64,000 nucleotides of DNA from contig JBEQLE010000012.1 in assembly GCA_040326155.1 (NCBI GenBank), positions 729 through 64,728 of the forward strand, written 5' to 3'. Origin of the DNA: Leptospirales bacterium (GTDB taxonomy: Bacteria; Spirochaetota; Leptospiria; Turneriellales; JAOUFE01). Shown piece after piece: positions 47,376-57,375 of the stretch. A program made the position numbers and the translations under genes. How positions within the stretch are numbered: position 1 is the first letter of the stretch; each line of letters begins with the position of its first letter. Below the pieces are notes generated by a model. It was not told the DNA's origin. It saw nothing but the letters and a program-made list of their open reading frames with translations, and searched no databases.

Positions 47376-48815
47376 CTAACGTGGTAATTCCACGTCGGAG
47401 AACTCGGGTAGCCAGGAGGGTCGTTTTGAATAAATGGGTTCCGGTCCGACCAGGGTTATAAAAAATCGGTCAAAACTGTAATATTTTTTTCCTATCCGTT
47501 TCAAATCTGCAAGCGTTACCTTATCGATATTTTTTAAAAAATCATCCAGATAGGTGTCCAGAAGACCTTCCCACAGCAAAGAGAGCTGCAAAGAGGCAAG
47601 TTTCTCTGGCGTTTCGGCAAGAAAAACATAACGATTTCTAAGCGAACTTTTAGCTTCTTCTAAAGCCAGCTCTGTTAAAAAGGAATCGGGATTATTCAAG
47701 ATCTCTCGCACCTTGGCCAATACATTGGGAACATTTTTATTTGCAGTTTGCATAAACAAAGTTATATTCCCGGTATAAGCGCCCGAAGAGTAATGAGAAT
47801 AGACCGAATAAGCCCACCCGTTTTTAGTTCGAATAACCTGGGTTAAATGCGAGCTAAAAGAGTTGCCGCCTAAAATAAGATCAAACAGTTTTAAAGCATA
47901 ATAATCAGGATGTGCGTGGTTTATACCTGGAGCCCGAAACAAAATCGAAGTCTGTGGAATATCTTTTTTCAACAAATACGTTGGGTGTTTTTGTTTTAGC
48001 CGGGTATCGGGGTCTACCGCAAGTAGTTTTAAATTAAGCGGTGTTTTCCCGGGGGTAAACTTTGGAAGTTCACCTTCCAACCAGGCAGTCAACTTATCTT
48101 TATCGAAATCGCCGGTAATTAAAATGGTTAACCGGTTTGACGCCGCCATCTTTTTATGCCAGGCGACAAGACCTTCACGGGTGATGTTTGTTATTGAATC
48201 GATGGTTTTAATATTAGAACGAATTTTGCCTTTCCACTCAATTAACCCGGCCGCAAGGTAGGCAGACTGAGCCGGTTTCTCTCCTCTTTTTTTAACACCT
48301 TCCATAGTCTGATTTTTTATCAATTGTACATCAGGAGCATCAAATCGGGGTGCTAACAAAACACTCATAACCACAGAGAGATCTTCCATAAAAAAAGAGG
48401 AAAGAGAGCTCAGCGAAAAAGTAGAACGCTCCAGACCAGATTGAAAGTAAAAACCCGAACCATGTTGTTCCAGATACGCCGCAAGCTTATCGCGCGGATA
48501 TTGTTCAGAACCCGACGCAACAACGCTCTCACCCCAGAGAGTTGTAATTCCCGCATTTTCCCGGTTCTCTTCAAAAGTACCGCCTTCGAAAATAAGAGTT
48601 ATCGACACCTTGGGCAGAAGCTTGTTCTCCCGGTAGTAAACTTTTACACCATTGGAAAGCGTAACTTCTTCTAAAGGTGGAATCTTAAATTGAATCGGAT
48701 CACCATCCAGATAAGGCTTCCAGGGTCGCTCGTTTGCATCAGGGTCCGCTCCCATTAGCATAACGGGTAATATTAACAACAGGGTAAGTTTTATTATTTT
48801 AGCCACATCTCTCAA
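47376..48815 (-). CDS. M16 (pitrilysin) family protein, non-catalytic subunit
   Basis: TLSNGVKV, LPKV, ILITGD, LILGG.SFSS.L..VIR.KNGWAYSV; HxxEH motif absent. Confidence 0.85.
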   Translation of the reverse strand: MRDVAKIIKLTLLLILPVMLMGADPDANERPWKPYLDGDPIQFKIPPLEEVTLSNGVKVYYRENKLLPKVSITLIFEGGTFEENRENAGITTLWGESVVASGSEQYPRDKLAAYLEQHGSGFYFQSGLERSTFSLSSLSSFFMEDLSVVMSVLLAPRFDAPDVQLIKNQTMEGVKKRGEKPAQSAYLAAGLIEWKGKIRSNIKTIDSITNITREGLVAWHKKMAASNRLTILITGDFDKDKLTAWLEGELPKFTPGKTPLNLKLLAVDPDTRLKQKHPTYLLKKDIPQTSILFRAPGINHAHPDYYALKLFDLILGGNSFSSHLTQVIRTKNGWAYSVYSHYSSGAYTGNITLFMQTANKNVPNVLAKVREILNNPDSFLTELALEEAKSSLRNRYVFLAETPEKLASLQLSLLWEGLLDTYLDDFLKNIDKVTLADLKRIGKKYYSFDRFFITLVGPEPIYSKRPSWLPEFSDVELPR

Positions 48816-48915
48816 ATTAATTGCCCTATTAGAATGTAAATCTTTTTTAAAAAATAATAATGCCTACTAAAACTGTTTTTCACCACCGCGCAAAACCCGC
48901 TACCACAATTAACCT

Positions 48916-49194
48916 CTAACCTTTGTATAATACAAAAGATTTACTGGCTTTCTTTTTTGGTCTGGCTTTTATTTCAAGTTCCATGCCAAGGTTGTGAATG
49001 TACTTTATTAGAGTAGACAGTTTCATGTCTTTGCGGTTTTCCATTCTCGATAAACCCGGCTGCGAATACTCTTTCATGTCGGTTTGCTTTAAACCCTGTT
49101 TTTCTCGCAGCTCAGATAGTTTAATTTGAAAAATTAAATCTGTGGCATTTTCTTGCGCTTTCTTAATCGACTCTTCTGGTAGTGTACCGGGCAA
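48916..49194 (-). pseudogene. Orphan XRE/HigA-like antitoxin, probably 5-prime truncated
   Basis: LSELREKQGLKQ...SQPGLSRMENRKDMKLSTL..YI..LG.ELEI; weak TTG start with no obvious RBS; no toxin ORF upstream. Confidence 0.6.
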
Positions 49195-49502
49195 ACTTCG
49201 CGGAGATTTTCATAATGGAAATTTCAACGCGAGGTGGCCGACGCCGCGCCTTTTTGGCGCAAATCGGGGAGGACTGTTTGATGCACGATGTTGCATGGCC
49301 CTATTGCCTTTCGTTTATAAAATCATGTTTTTTCGTTTTTTATGGACTAACTGCGATAATTAAAATATATTTTCACTGTTGTAGCTTCAGTTTTTCAATT
49401 CAATATTTAATTAATAATATTGTTATTTGAATAAGGAAATATCTTTACAGGACACAGTAATACATTTTGTTGAATACTATATAGGTGACGCAGGAGAATA
49501 CC

Positions 49503-49883
49503 ATGGCTAAAAAAACGATTATGACAATTGACGATTCCTCTTCCATTCGACACGCGGTGCGTGATATTTTATCAGAAAAAGGGTATAATGTAGTAGAAGC
49601 CAGACATGGAGAAGCGGGACTGCAATACCTGACAGGTAAAAAAGTCCATTTAATACTACTTGACCTGAACATGCCGACAATGGACGGATATGAATTTCTA
49701 AAGGAATTTAAGGAAAACCCAAAATACAAAGAATACCAGACGACGCCTATTGTTATATTAACAACCGAAACAGAGAAGAAAAGTAAAGAAACTGCAAAAG
49801 TTCTAGGCGCTTACGGATGGATATCGAAACCGTTTATGCCCGAAACACTGGTTGCAATCGTAAATGAGCACAGTCGAGATTAA
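49503..49883 (+). CDS. Single-domain response regulator (CheY-like)
   Basis: IDDS, phospho-acceptor LLDLNMP.MDG, LTT, ISKPF; AGGAGA RBS. Confidence 0.92.
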   Translation: MAKKTIMTIDDSSSIRHAVRDILSEKGYNVVEARHGEAGLQYLTGKKVHLILLDLNMPTMDGYEFLKEFKENPKYKEYQTTPIVILTTETEKKSKETAKVLGAYGWISKPFMPETLVAIVNEHSRD

Positions 49884-49901
49884 ATAAATTCAGGAAGTTA
49901 C

Positions 49902-50690
49902 ATGAGCAAAAATACAATTCAAAAACGTCTGCGCCTGGTAATGGCAGGTGTCGTTATCACCCTTTTAACTGCCTTTTTATTTCCTGTGTTGAGCAAAACA
50001 AAAAGCGCAGCCTCAATTATCGCCAAATCGGAAAGGCTTCTGCGCGGCGACTCCTCCTACGGTATTTACGAAATGTCCATACATAACCCCCGGTGGAAAG
50101 TTCCCAGAATTGTTGAAATTGAAACATGGTCTAAGGGAACCGAAAAGAGCTTTATGGTCATACATAAGCCAAAAAAAGATAAAGGGGTTACCTTCTTAAA
50201 AATCGGGAACGAGATGTGGCAATACATACCGAAAATTGAAAAAATAATTAAAATACCGCCCTCAATGATGATGCAATCGTGGATGGGGTCGGATATTACA
50301 AACGACGATATGGTCAAAGAGAGTTCCATGGAGCGCGATTATACAAAAATAATTGAGTCCGAAAACAAGAGTTCCTGGACGATCAAGCTGACCCCGCTTC
50401 CCAACGCTCCTGTTGTATGGGACCGAATAACCATTGTTATTCAAAAAAGTTCCTACCTGCCGACAAAAGCCCAATACTATGATGAAGATGGTGAACTGGT
50501 TCGAACGATTCTATACGAAAAACATCGAAAAATGGGAGATCGTACGATACCCACCTTAATGAAATTTATACCCGAAACCAAAGACAAAAAAGGTCACATA
50601 ACAGAACTGTTATTTAAAGAAATTAAATTTAATACAAAAATAGCCGACTCCATTTTCACGATAAGATCTCTAAAAAGAAGGTCAAGGTAA
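49902..50690 (+). CDS. LolA-like outer-membrane lipoprotein-sorting protein
   Basis: Signal peptide; P..DKG..FLK...MWQYIP.....IKIPPSMMMQSWMGSD.TNDD. Confidence 0.88.
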   Translation: MSKNTIQKRLRLVMAGVVITLLTAFLFPVLSKTKSAASIIAKSERLLRGDSSYGIYEMSIHNPRWKVPRIVEIETWSKGTEKSFMVIHKPKKDKGVTFLKIGNEMWQYIPKIEKIIKIPPSMMMQSWMGSDITNDDMVKESSMERDYTKIIESENKSSWTIKLTPLPNAPVVWDRITIVIQKSSYLPTKAQYYDEDGELVRTILYEKHRKMGDRTIPTLMKFIPETKDKKGHITELLFKEIKFNTKIADSIFTIRSLKRRSR

Positions 50691-50691
50691 T

Positions 50692-51963
50692 TTGTTGTTT
50701 TTGGAACATCTAAAAATTATACTTCTTCTGGGCTGGCGAAACACAATTCGCCAAAAACGGCGAGCCCTTGTGTCTTTATTGCTTATATTTTTAAGCACTT
50801 TTCTTCTCATTTTTATGGTTGGTATGATGAGAGGGCAATATGGGCAAATGTTTAGCTCTGCTATTGAACTCTACCCCGGTCCCATACAAATTACCGGCGA
50901 GGGTTACCACGACGACCCGAGCTATGAGCGCCTTATATACGATGTCGACGAAGTTACCGGACCTCTCTCCGATATTGAGTCTGTAAAAGAGTATGCGGTT
51001 CGTTTTGAGACTTTTGCTCTATACTCATCCGGTGATGAATCTGCCGGAGGCATGCTCGTAGGCGTTGAGCCTGAAAAAGAGAAATTTTTCTCAAAAATTG
51101 AAGAATCCCTTGTCGATGGAGAGTTTATACAGTCTACCGATGAAAAAGTCGTCTATATAGGGGTGGTGCTGGCTAACAAATTAAATGTAAAGGTAGGAGA
51201 CGAGCTTTCATTTATTTCGAGCGATATTTACTACTCCATAGCGTCGGATAATGTAACCGTCAAAGGAATTTTTAAAACTAACGTCGGTGACTTCGACGCC
51301 ATGATGGCTTTTATCCCAAAACCCTATTTCGACACTCTTTTTGTTTCTGAAAACATCGCCTCTCATATTCTTATATTACCCGAAGACCCCCAGAGTCTGG
51401 GTAAACCCACTCGCCAGATAAAAAAAACCCTGGATGGTTCTATCTACCAGGTTTCCACCTGGAAAGATTATTTACAAGAGCTTGTCTCACTGCTTGAAAT
51501 GGACCGAAATTTCGGTTATATTATGATCGGTATGTTCTTTACCGTTATCTTTTTTGTTATTATGATTTTTACACTGATCTCGGTTCATACCCGAACAAAA
51601 GAGATTGGCATTATGCGCGCAAACGGAACGACCCCAAACCTGGTCGCCGCTATTTTATTTACCGAAACAACGATTGTTTCCATTCTCGCCATCATCCTCG
51701 GAGGGCTCGCCGGAGCATATGTGGTCTGGTATTTGAATACAAACCCCTACCCCATTGAAATGAAAGAAGCTTTAGAAGTAGCTGAACAGTACGCCGAACT
51801 GGGGCTTCAATGGGATCCCGTTTTGAAGACAGAGTTTTCTTTGTTTCTTATATTCCAGAATATGGTGATTATTTTTATTATGAGTCTTGTGGCAGTTGTA
51901 TACCCCATACTCAGGGTGAATAAATTAAAACCAGTAGAAGCCATTGCCGGCGGTAAAGGATAA
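50692..51963 (+). CDS. ABC transporter permease (LolC/E-FtsX-like, MacB_PCD)
   Basis: GWRN..R..RR, large periplasmic domain, RTKEIGIMRANG, P.......PVEAI. Confidence 0.88.
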   Translation: MLFLEHLKIILLLGWRNTIRQKRRALVSLLLIFLSTFLLIFMVGMMRGQYGQMFSSAIELYPGPIQITGEGYHDDPSYERLIYDVDEVTGPLSDIESVKEYAVRFETFALYSSGDESAGGMLVGVEPEKEKFFSKIEESLVDGEFIQSTDEKVVYIGVVLANKLNVKVGDELSFISSDIYYSIASDNVTVKGIFKTNVGDFDAMMAFIPKPYFDTLFVSENIASHILILPEDPQSLGKPTRQIKKTLDGSIYQVSTWKDYLQELVSLLEMDRNFGYIMIGMFFTVIFFVIMIFTLISVHTRTKEIGIMRANGTTPNLVAAILFTETTIVSILAIILGGLAGAYVVWYLNTNPYPIEMKEALEVAEQYAELGLQWDPVLKTEFSLFLIFQNMVIIFIMSLVAVVYPILRVNKLKPVEAIAGGKG

Positions 51964-51976
51964 TTAAAGGGTAAAT

Positions 51977-53200
51977 ATGCTATTTCAAATAAAACTTGCC
52001 TATAAGAATATATGGAGAAGACCCGTTCGGACCATATCGATCATTGTCATGATGACTTTTGGAATTATGGGACTGCTTTTTACCCAGGGCGTTTACCGGG
52101 GGATGGTCAACCAGATGTTACACGATACCATTCGTACTGGAACAGGCCATGTCTCGCTATACGACCATGAATATCGCAAACTAAAAAAGATTACAAACGC
52201 TATTGAAGATCCGCAAAAGGTAGTTACATTTATTGAAAACAATAAACTGGTTAAAAACTATATTACACGGGTTTTACAAGAAGGGATGGTAAGCACAGCT
52301 TCCAATAAAAGGCCTGTTACCATAATCGGTATAGACCATGAACGAGAAGCCGCGTTCGGGAATCTGCCCGATTATATAATAGATGGAAAATACGATGTCA
52401 ATCTGGAACGAAATGAAATTATTATCGGTTCCGAATTAGCCTTAAAGTTAAAAACCAAAGTAGGAAAAAAAATTGTCATTCAAACACAGGGGCTCGATAA
52501 ATCGCTCTCCAGCATAGCATACAGAATTGGCGCAATCGTAAAAACAAACAACCCCCGCATTGACCTCGCCGGTATCTTCTTGACACAGGCGCAATTTAAC
52601 GAATTTCTCGGCACTTCTGGAGAAATACACCAGATTTCGGTCATGTTGAACAATGAATTGGACATAGACACATTTAAACAAGAAATCGATGCTATTTTAC
52701 CAAATGTTATAAAATCGTATACCTGGAAGCAAATAAACCCCATGGCGGCTTACAGCCGTGACATTGTTTACCAGATGGAAACTATTATTTACGCCATTAT
52801 ATTTGTTCTAGTCGCAATTGCCATATTCGATATTCTTGTTGTATCCATTTTAGAAAGAGTTCGCGAGTTTGGAATTATGCTCGCCATTGGAACAACTTTT
52901 TCTAAAATACGATATATGATAATTATGGAGTCGGCCGCTATTGGAATTTTAGGTTTTTTATCAGGTGCATTTTTCAGTTTTCTTATGCTTCTCTATTTAA
53001 AGCATTACGGAATCGATCTTTCCGATGCCTCAAGCGGACTGGCCAAAATGGGTATGGCCAGCGTCATGTACGCCAACATTGAAGCCGAATACTTTATTCA
53101 AGCTTTTTTTGCCACTTTAATATCAACGGTAGTCGCTTCGCTCATTCCTATACGAATTTTGCGCCGTTTAAAACCAATGGAAGCCATTTATTTTACATAA
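51977..53200 (+). CDS. ABC transporter permease (LolC/E-FtsX-like)
   Basis: AYKNIWR...RT, SILERVREFGIMLAIG, KPMEAI. Confidence 0.88.
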   Translation: MLFQIKLAYKNIWRRPVRTISIIVMMTFGIMGLLFTQGVYRGMVNQMLHDTIRTGTGHVSLYDHEYRKLKKITNAIEDPQKVVTFIENNKLVKNYITRVLQEGMVSTASNKRPVTIIGIDHEREAAFGNLPDYIIDGKYDVNLERNEIIIGSELALKLKTKVGKKIVIQTQGLDKSLSSIAYRIGAIVKTNNPRIDLAGIFLTQAQFNEFLGTSGEIHQISVMLNNELDIDTFKQEIDAILPNVIKSYTWKQINPMAAYSRDIVYQMETIIYAIIFVLVAIAIFDILVVSILERVREFGIMLAIGTTFSKIRYMIIMESAAIGILGFLSGAFFSFLMLLYLKHYGIDLSDASSGLAKMGMASVMYANIEAEYFIQAFFATLISTVVASLIPIRILRRLKPMEAIYFT

Positions 53201-53231
53201 GATTAACTTTGAAGAAAACATTGAGGTAAAT

Positions 53232-53915
53232 ATGTCATTTTTAATAGTACAAGAAATATCTAAAACATACAAACCGAGCGCATCGGTGGAGGTAACAGCT
53301 CTCGCAAAAACCGACCTGACGTTTAAACAAGGTGAATTTGCCGTCATTTCTGGACCATCGGGCTCGGGTAAAACCACCTTGTTGAATATGATTGGCGGTT
53401 TAGATGCTCCGACAACGGGAAAAGTCATCTTAAATGATGTTATATTGACCGATTTAAAAGAAAAGGAGCTGGCTTTACAGCGGCTCCAACATATCGGCTT
53501 TATTTTCCAGGCCTACAATTTAATACCGGTTTTAACCGCAGAAGAAAATATTGAATACATTCTAATACTACAAGGCGTAAACCCTAAAGAAAGAAAGGAA
53601 CGCGTAAAGGTCATTGCAGAAAAACTGGGTATTTATGAGCTTTTAAACAAGCGTCCCAATGAAATGAGCGGTGGCCAGCAACAACGTGTTGCCGTTGCCA
53701 GAGCTGTCGTATCGCACCCTGCGCTCATTCTTGCCGACGAACCTACTGCGAACCTCGACTCCCAGTCAGGTGAAAATTTATTGAAACTTATGGCCGATTT
53801 AAACCGGGAACAAAAAATTACAATTATATTCTCCTCTCATGACCCCATGGTAATAGGTAAGGCGAAGCGTCACATTGTACTCAAGGACGGTAAAATTGCT
53901 TCCGATAAAAAATAG
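53232..53915 (+). CDS. ABC transporter ATP-binding protein (LolD-like)
   Basis: GPSGSGKT, GFIFQAYNL, MSGGQQQR, ADEPTANLD, SSHD. Confidence 0.92.
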   Translation: MSFLIVQEISKTYKPSASVEVTALAKTDLTFKQGEFAVISGPSGSGKTTLLNMIGGLDAPTTGKVILNDVILTDLKEKELALQRLQHIGFIFQAYNLIPVLTAEENIEYILILQGVNPKERKERVKVIAEKLGIYELLNKRPNEMSGGQQQRVAVARAVVSHPALILADEPTANLDSQSGENLLKLMADLNREQKITIIFSSHDPMVIGKAKRHIVLKDGKIASDKK

Positions 53916-55044
53916 AGTCAATAAATTTCTAAGTCTGTCACTTCTCTTTACTCTATTTCTTCTTTCGCGATCTGCATACGCCTTTGAATTCGAGCCGATA
54001 TTTTCCATCAATAATTTTTCGCTTTTTGCCCACAATCCGTTAACTGATGAAAGATACTTTATCAATTTTAACCGGTTACGAGCCGATGTAACTCTTTCGA
54101 ACGACTGGCTGAAATTCCACATTATTGGCGATAATGAAAACTACCGCTCTGATGAAAAAATCTCATACATGAGTACCCCCGGCGAGAATCTTCCTGTGGA
54201 TATTCACCGCGATCTTGACAGTGGTTCCCAATGGGTAAACAGGTTTTACCTTTATCGTGCATACGCAGAAGCGGAAGTTCTAAACTCTACCATCTCACTC
54301 GGACTGCAACGAGTTCCTTTTGGTGTGGGCCGCCTCTGGACCCCGACAGATACATTTAACCCGATTGATACCGTCAGTCTCGAACCAGGCGAACGCGAAG
54401 GTATACTCGGCGCCGTCTGGACGATGTACTTTGGTGACTATACACGTATTATCGCCGTTACCGCAGCAGATGCAGATTGGCAAACCGGCAAAAACTCACT
54501 ACATATAAAGTCATTTATTTTCAAAATGGATATGGGGGCAACCTACGTCCATTCGACAGATTTTCAAATGGCCGGATATGAAATAGAAAGCAACTTTTTT
54601 AAAACCGGGGCGGAAATTCGCTCTGAAGGCGGTTATTTTTTCGATATAGAAAACGAAGACAATTTCTTTAAAGGAATACTTGGCATCGATCGATCTTTCG
54701 GAGAAAAATTTTTAGCGGCTCTTGAATATCTTTATAATGGAGCCGGAGAATCCGATAAGAAAAATTATCCGTTATATCCAAAAGATCCGCTTCTTTTTGG
54801 AAACCTCGCCCGCCATTACATGGGGGGTACACTGACTTACATGATTAACCCGCTTGTACCGATATCTGTTGCAGCATTGGTGAACATAAACGACGCAAGC
54901 TTTTTCATAACACCCTCGGCCTCTTATAGTTTCAACGATAACGGAACCTTTTCGCTCGGAGCCCTCATCTTCAACGGGCAAGACGACTCCGAATATGGCA
55001 ACCTGGAGCCGACTTATTTTATTCGCATAGATTGGGTTTTTTAA
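53875..55044 (+). CDS. Putative outer-membrane beta-barrel protein of the Lol-like operon
   Basis: Signal peptide (AYA), LYRAY, GLQRV.FG.G.LW.PTD.FNP, alternating beta-strands, C-terminal Phe (IDWVF). Start codon uncertain. Confidence 0.72.
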   Translation: MYSRTVKLLPIKNRVNKFLSLSLLFTLFLLSRSAYAFEFEPIFSINNFSLFAHNPLTDERYFINFNRLRADVTLSNDWLKFHIIGDNENYRSDEKISYMSTPGENLPVDIHRDLDSGSQWVNRFYLYRAYAEAEVLNSTISLGLQRVPFGVGRLWTPTDTFNPIDTVSLEPGEREGILGAVWTMYFGDYTRIIAVTAADADWQTGKNSLHIKSFIFKMDMGATYVHSTDFQMAGYEIESNFFKTGAEIRSEGGYFFDIENEDNFFKGILGIDRSFGEKFLAALEYLYNGAGESDKKNYPLYPKDPLLFGNLARHYMGGTLTYMINPLVPISVAALVNINDASFFITPSASYSFNDNGTFSLGALIFNGQDDSEYGNLEPTYFIRIDWVF

Positions 55045-56160
55045 CTATTTTAAATTAAATAATACACCAAAACGAAGACCCATTTGATACTGGGGAACCA
55101 ACACCGTAGCATTTAATAAAATTAACAACCGATTATTCACATAATATTGTACTCCAGATTCAAATGCCAGGTATGGATAATACTCTTCTTCGGTGTTTGG
55201 AAGGTATGCCATGCCCAAAGCTCCGCCTAAATTTAAAGCAAACCAGGATTTCGAGCCGGGTTTTCGAAAATGAAAAGTAATTCCATCAATATACGGAAAT
55301 GCCCCCAGTGGTGACGCGCCTTTCTTCATAAAACCTCTCACGGGAGCAGTGAATATTAATAATGCTGTAAACATGGGAATCTTAACCACATACCCTTCAG
55401 ATGTTCCATCGGCGGCGCCTGTTAAATAACCAACGGTAAATGAGCCATGTGTACTGAACCAGTTTGTAAAAAACTTTTCGTTTAACAGTTGTAAGTCGAA
55501 CAAATGAATTGCAGTGTCATTGGATGATACGGGTGGCAAAAACATCCAGCTTGCGCCCAAATGTCGAGCTACCTCCATTTTTCTATTTTTTAATACACCC
55601 GTGGTTATCTTCTTTTTCTTACCGTTATCGTTTGTATCAGATTCTGCGCTTTTACTGGTTTCATAAGATTCAACTGTTCTATTGATTTCAATTACAATTA
55701 AATCCGCGACAGCATCCGCCGCCTGAAACAAGGTCCCGTCAACAGGATTTCGCACTGTTTCCAGTGTTTTCTTTTCGCCTATTTTTGGAAAATAAATATC
55801 TACAGTAAAAATAATTTCGTTTGTTTCCGTGTCATAGTCATAAATACCATAAATTACAATATCTGCATTTACCTGTTTGGCGGCCGCTTTTACCTCATTA
55901 TCGACAAGAACCTTGGTTTCATATCTATACATTGTTTTTATTTTTCCGATACCAACTTTCTCATATTCGAACTTCTTTTGCATCGCCTTTCCGACTGCGT
56001 CGACAAGACTCGATGAAAGGTAACGGTAATCTTCAGATTTTGTATTGTCCGTAAAAGGTAAAATAACTATTCTAGCCAACTGGTCTTCATTTTGTTTGTT
56101 TTTTGCAGATAATGATAAAGGGAGTACAGCGAATAAAATTATAATAAAAATTCTTCTCAT
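55045..56160 (-). CDS. Exported hypothetical protein, TolB-N/CsgG/FlgO-like N-domain plus beta-rich C-domain
   Basis: Signal peptide; IVILPFTDNT...DY.YLS.SL...ADIVIYG.Y; amphipathic strands at the C-terminus. Confidence 0.6.
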   Translation of the reverse strand: MRRIFIIILFAVLPLSLSAKNKQNEDQLARIVILPFTDNTKSEDYRYLSSSLVDAVGKAMQKKFEYEKVGIGKIKTMYRYETKVLVDNEVKAAAKQVNADIVIYGIYDYDTETNEIIFTVDIYFPKIGEKKTLETVRNPVDGTLFQAADAVADLIVIEINRTVESYETSKSAESDTNDNGKKKKITTGVLKNRKMEVARHLGASWMFLPPVSSNDTAIHLFDLQLLNEKFFTNWFSTHGSFTVGYLTGAADGTSEGYVVKIPMFTALLIFTAPVRGFMKKGASPLGAFPYIDGITFHFRKPGSKSWFALNLGGALGMAYLPNTEEEYYPYLAFESGVQYYVNNRLLILLNATVLVPQYQMGLRFGVLFNLK

Positions 56161-56306
56161 TTCCATACTATAAATACACATCCAAGCGGTTGTCAATATA
56201 ATATTATAAATAAATCTCCCCGAAAAATGAGGAACATGCGTGACATATGACATAATTTTGGTATTTTTATTGACACCAAGAGGCGCAATTTTATAAATTG
56301 TGCTTC

Positions 56307-57335
56307 ATGTCTATTCTGGAAGATAAACAGCTATTGGAAGAATTAACAGAACGCCTGGAAAAAACCGATTTTTTCAATAGTAGCTATCCATATTATACAA
56401 TTAAAATAATAATACTTTTTTGCGCGCTATGCTTTGTTTTGCCCATATTACTAATGTCGAAAAACCCCCTTGTTATTACCGGAGCAATCTTATGCTGGAG
56501 CTTTCTCAGTGGACAATTCGGAATGATCGGCCACGATGCTGGCCATAATGCTACCAGCAAAAACCTGAAACTTAACAAATTCTATGGTTATCTCAGCCTG
56601 TCCTTTGTGAATGGGAGTAGTTATTACTCCTGGCTTTTTCAACATAAATCACACCATCGATATACCAATATAATGAAAGCAGACCTGGACATTAAATCGA
56701 ATTTGTTTATCGCTTACTTCCCGGATGAAGAAAGAGGCGATTCTAAAATTATAAAGAGAGTCAAAGAATATCAACATTACTATTTCTGGCTCTTCATTTC
56801 AACTTATATGTTCTATAAAAGAATTACGAGTCTCTATATAGCAATACGATATATTAAAAAAGCCAAATTTGATATTGTTTTTATAGTAATGCACTATTTG
56901 ATAATGCTAATTTTGCCCGCGTATATTCTAGGCCTACAAACTGCAATACTATATTATCTTCTGTATTCGATAGTCCTGTCCATCTATTACAGCCTCATTT
57001 TTTCAGTCAACCACCTTGGTTTGTACCCGGTTTTGCCCAATTCGAAAGTAACAGATACATTTAGACATCTTTTGAATCATACACGAACAATTAACAACCA
57101 ACCCTACCTTGATTTTCTATTTGGAGGGCTAAACTACCATATCGAACATCACCTTTTCCCGAATGTCTCCATAAATCGATATAAAAAAGGAAGTGTTATT
57201 ATCAAAGATTTTTGTCATAAAAAAGATATACCGTATCATAACTTAAGTTTTTCCAAAGCTCTAGCCGGGGTTTATCGGCAACTTCAATGGGCTTCACACA
57301 AAGAAAAAATGTGTGGTGAGGAAAAGTTTATATAA
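56307..57335 (+). CDS. Membrane fatty-acid desaturase 1
   Basis: His boxes HDAGH, HKSHH, HIEHHLFP; GGLNY. Confidence 0.9.
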   Translation: MSILEDKQLLEELTERLEKTDFFNSSYPYYTIKIIILFCALCFVLPILLMSKNPLVITGAILCWSFLSGQFGMIGHDAGHNATSKNLKLNKFYGYLSLSFVNGSSYYSWLFQHKSHHRYTNIMKADLDIKSNLFIAYFPDEERGDSKIIKRVKEYQHYYFWLFISTYMFYKRITSLYIAIRYIKKAKFDIVFIVMHYLIMLILPAYILGLQTAILYYLLYSIVLSIYYSLIFSVNHLGLYPVLPNSKVTDTFRHLLNHTRTINNQPYLDFLFGGLNYHIEHHLFPNVSINRYKKGSVIIKDFCHKKDIPYHNLSFSKALAGVYRQLQWASHKEKMCGEEKFI

Positions 57336-57375
57336 ATGTTTTTTATGTAACAAAATAAGGTTGGAAGTGATTGCA

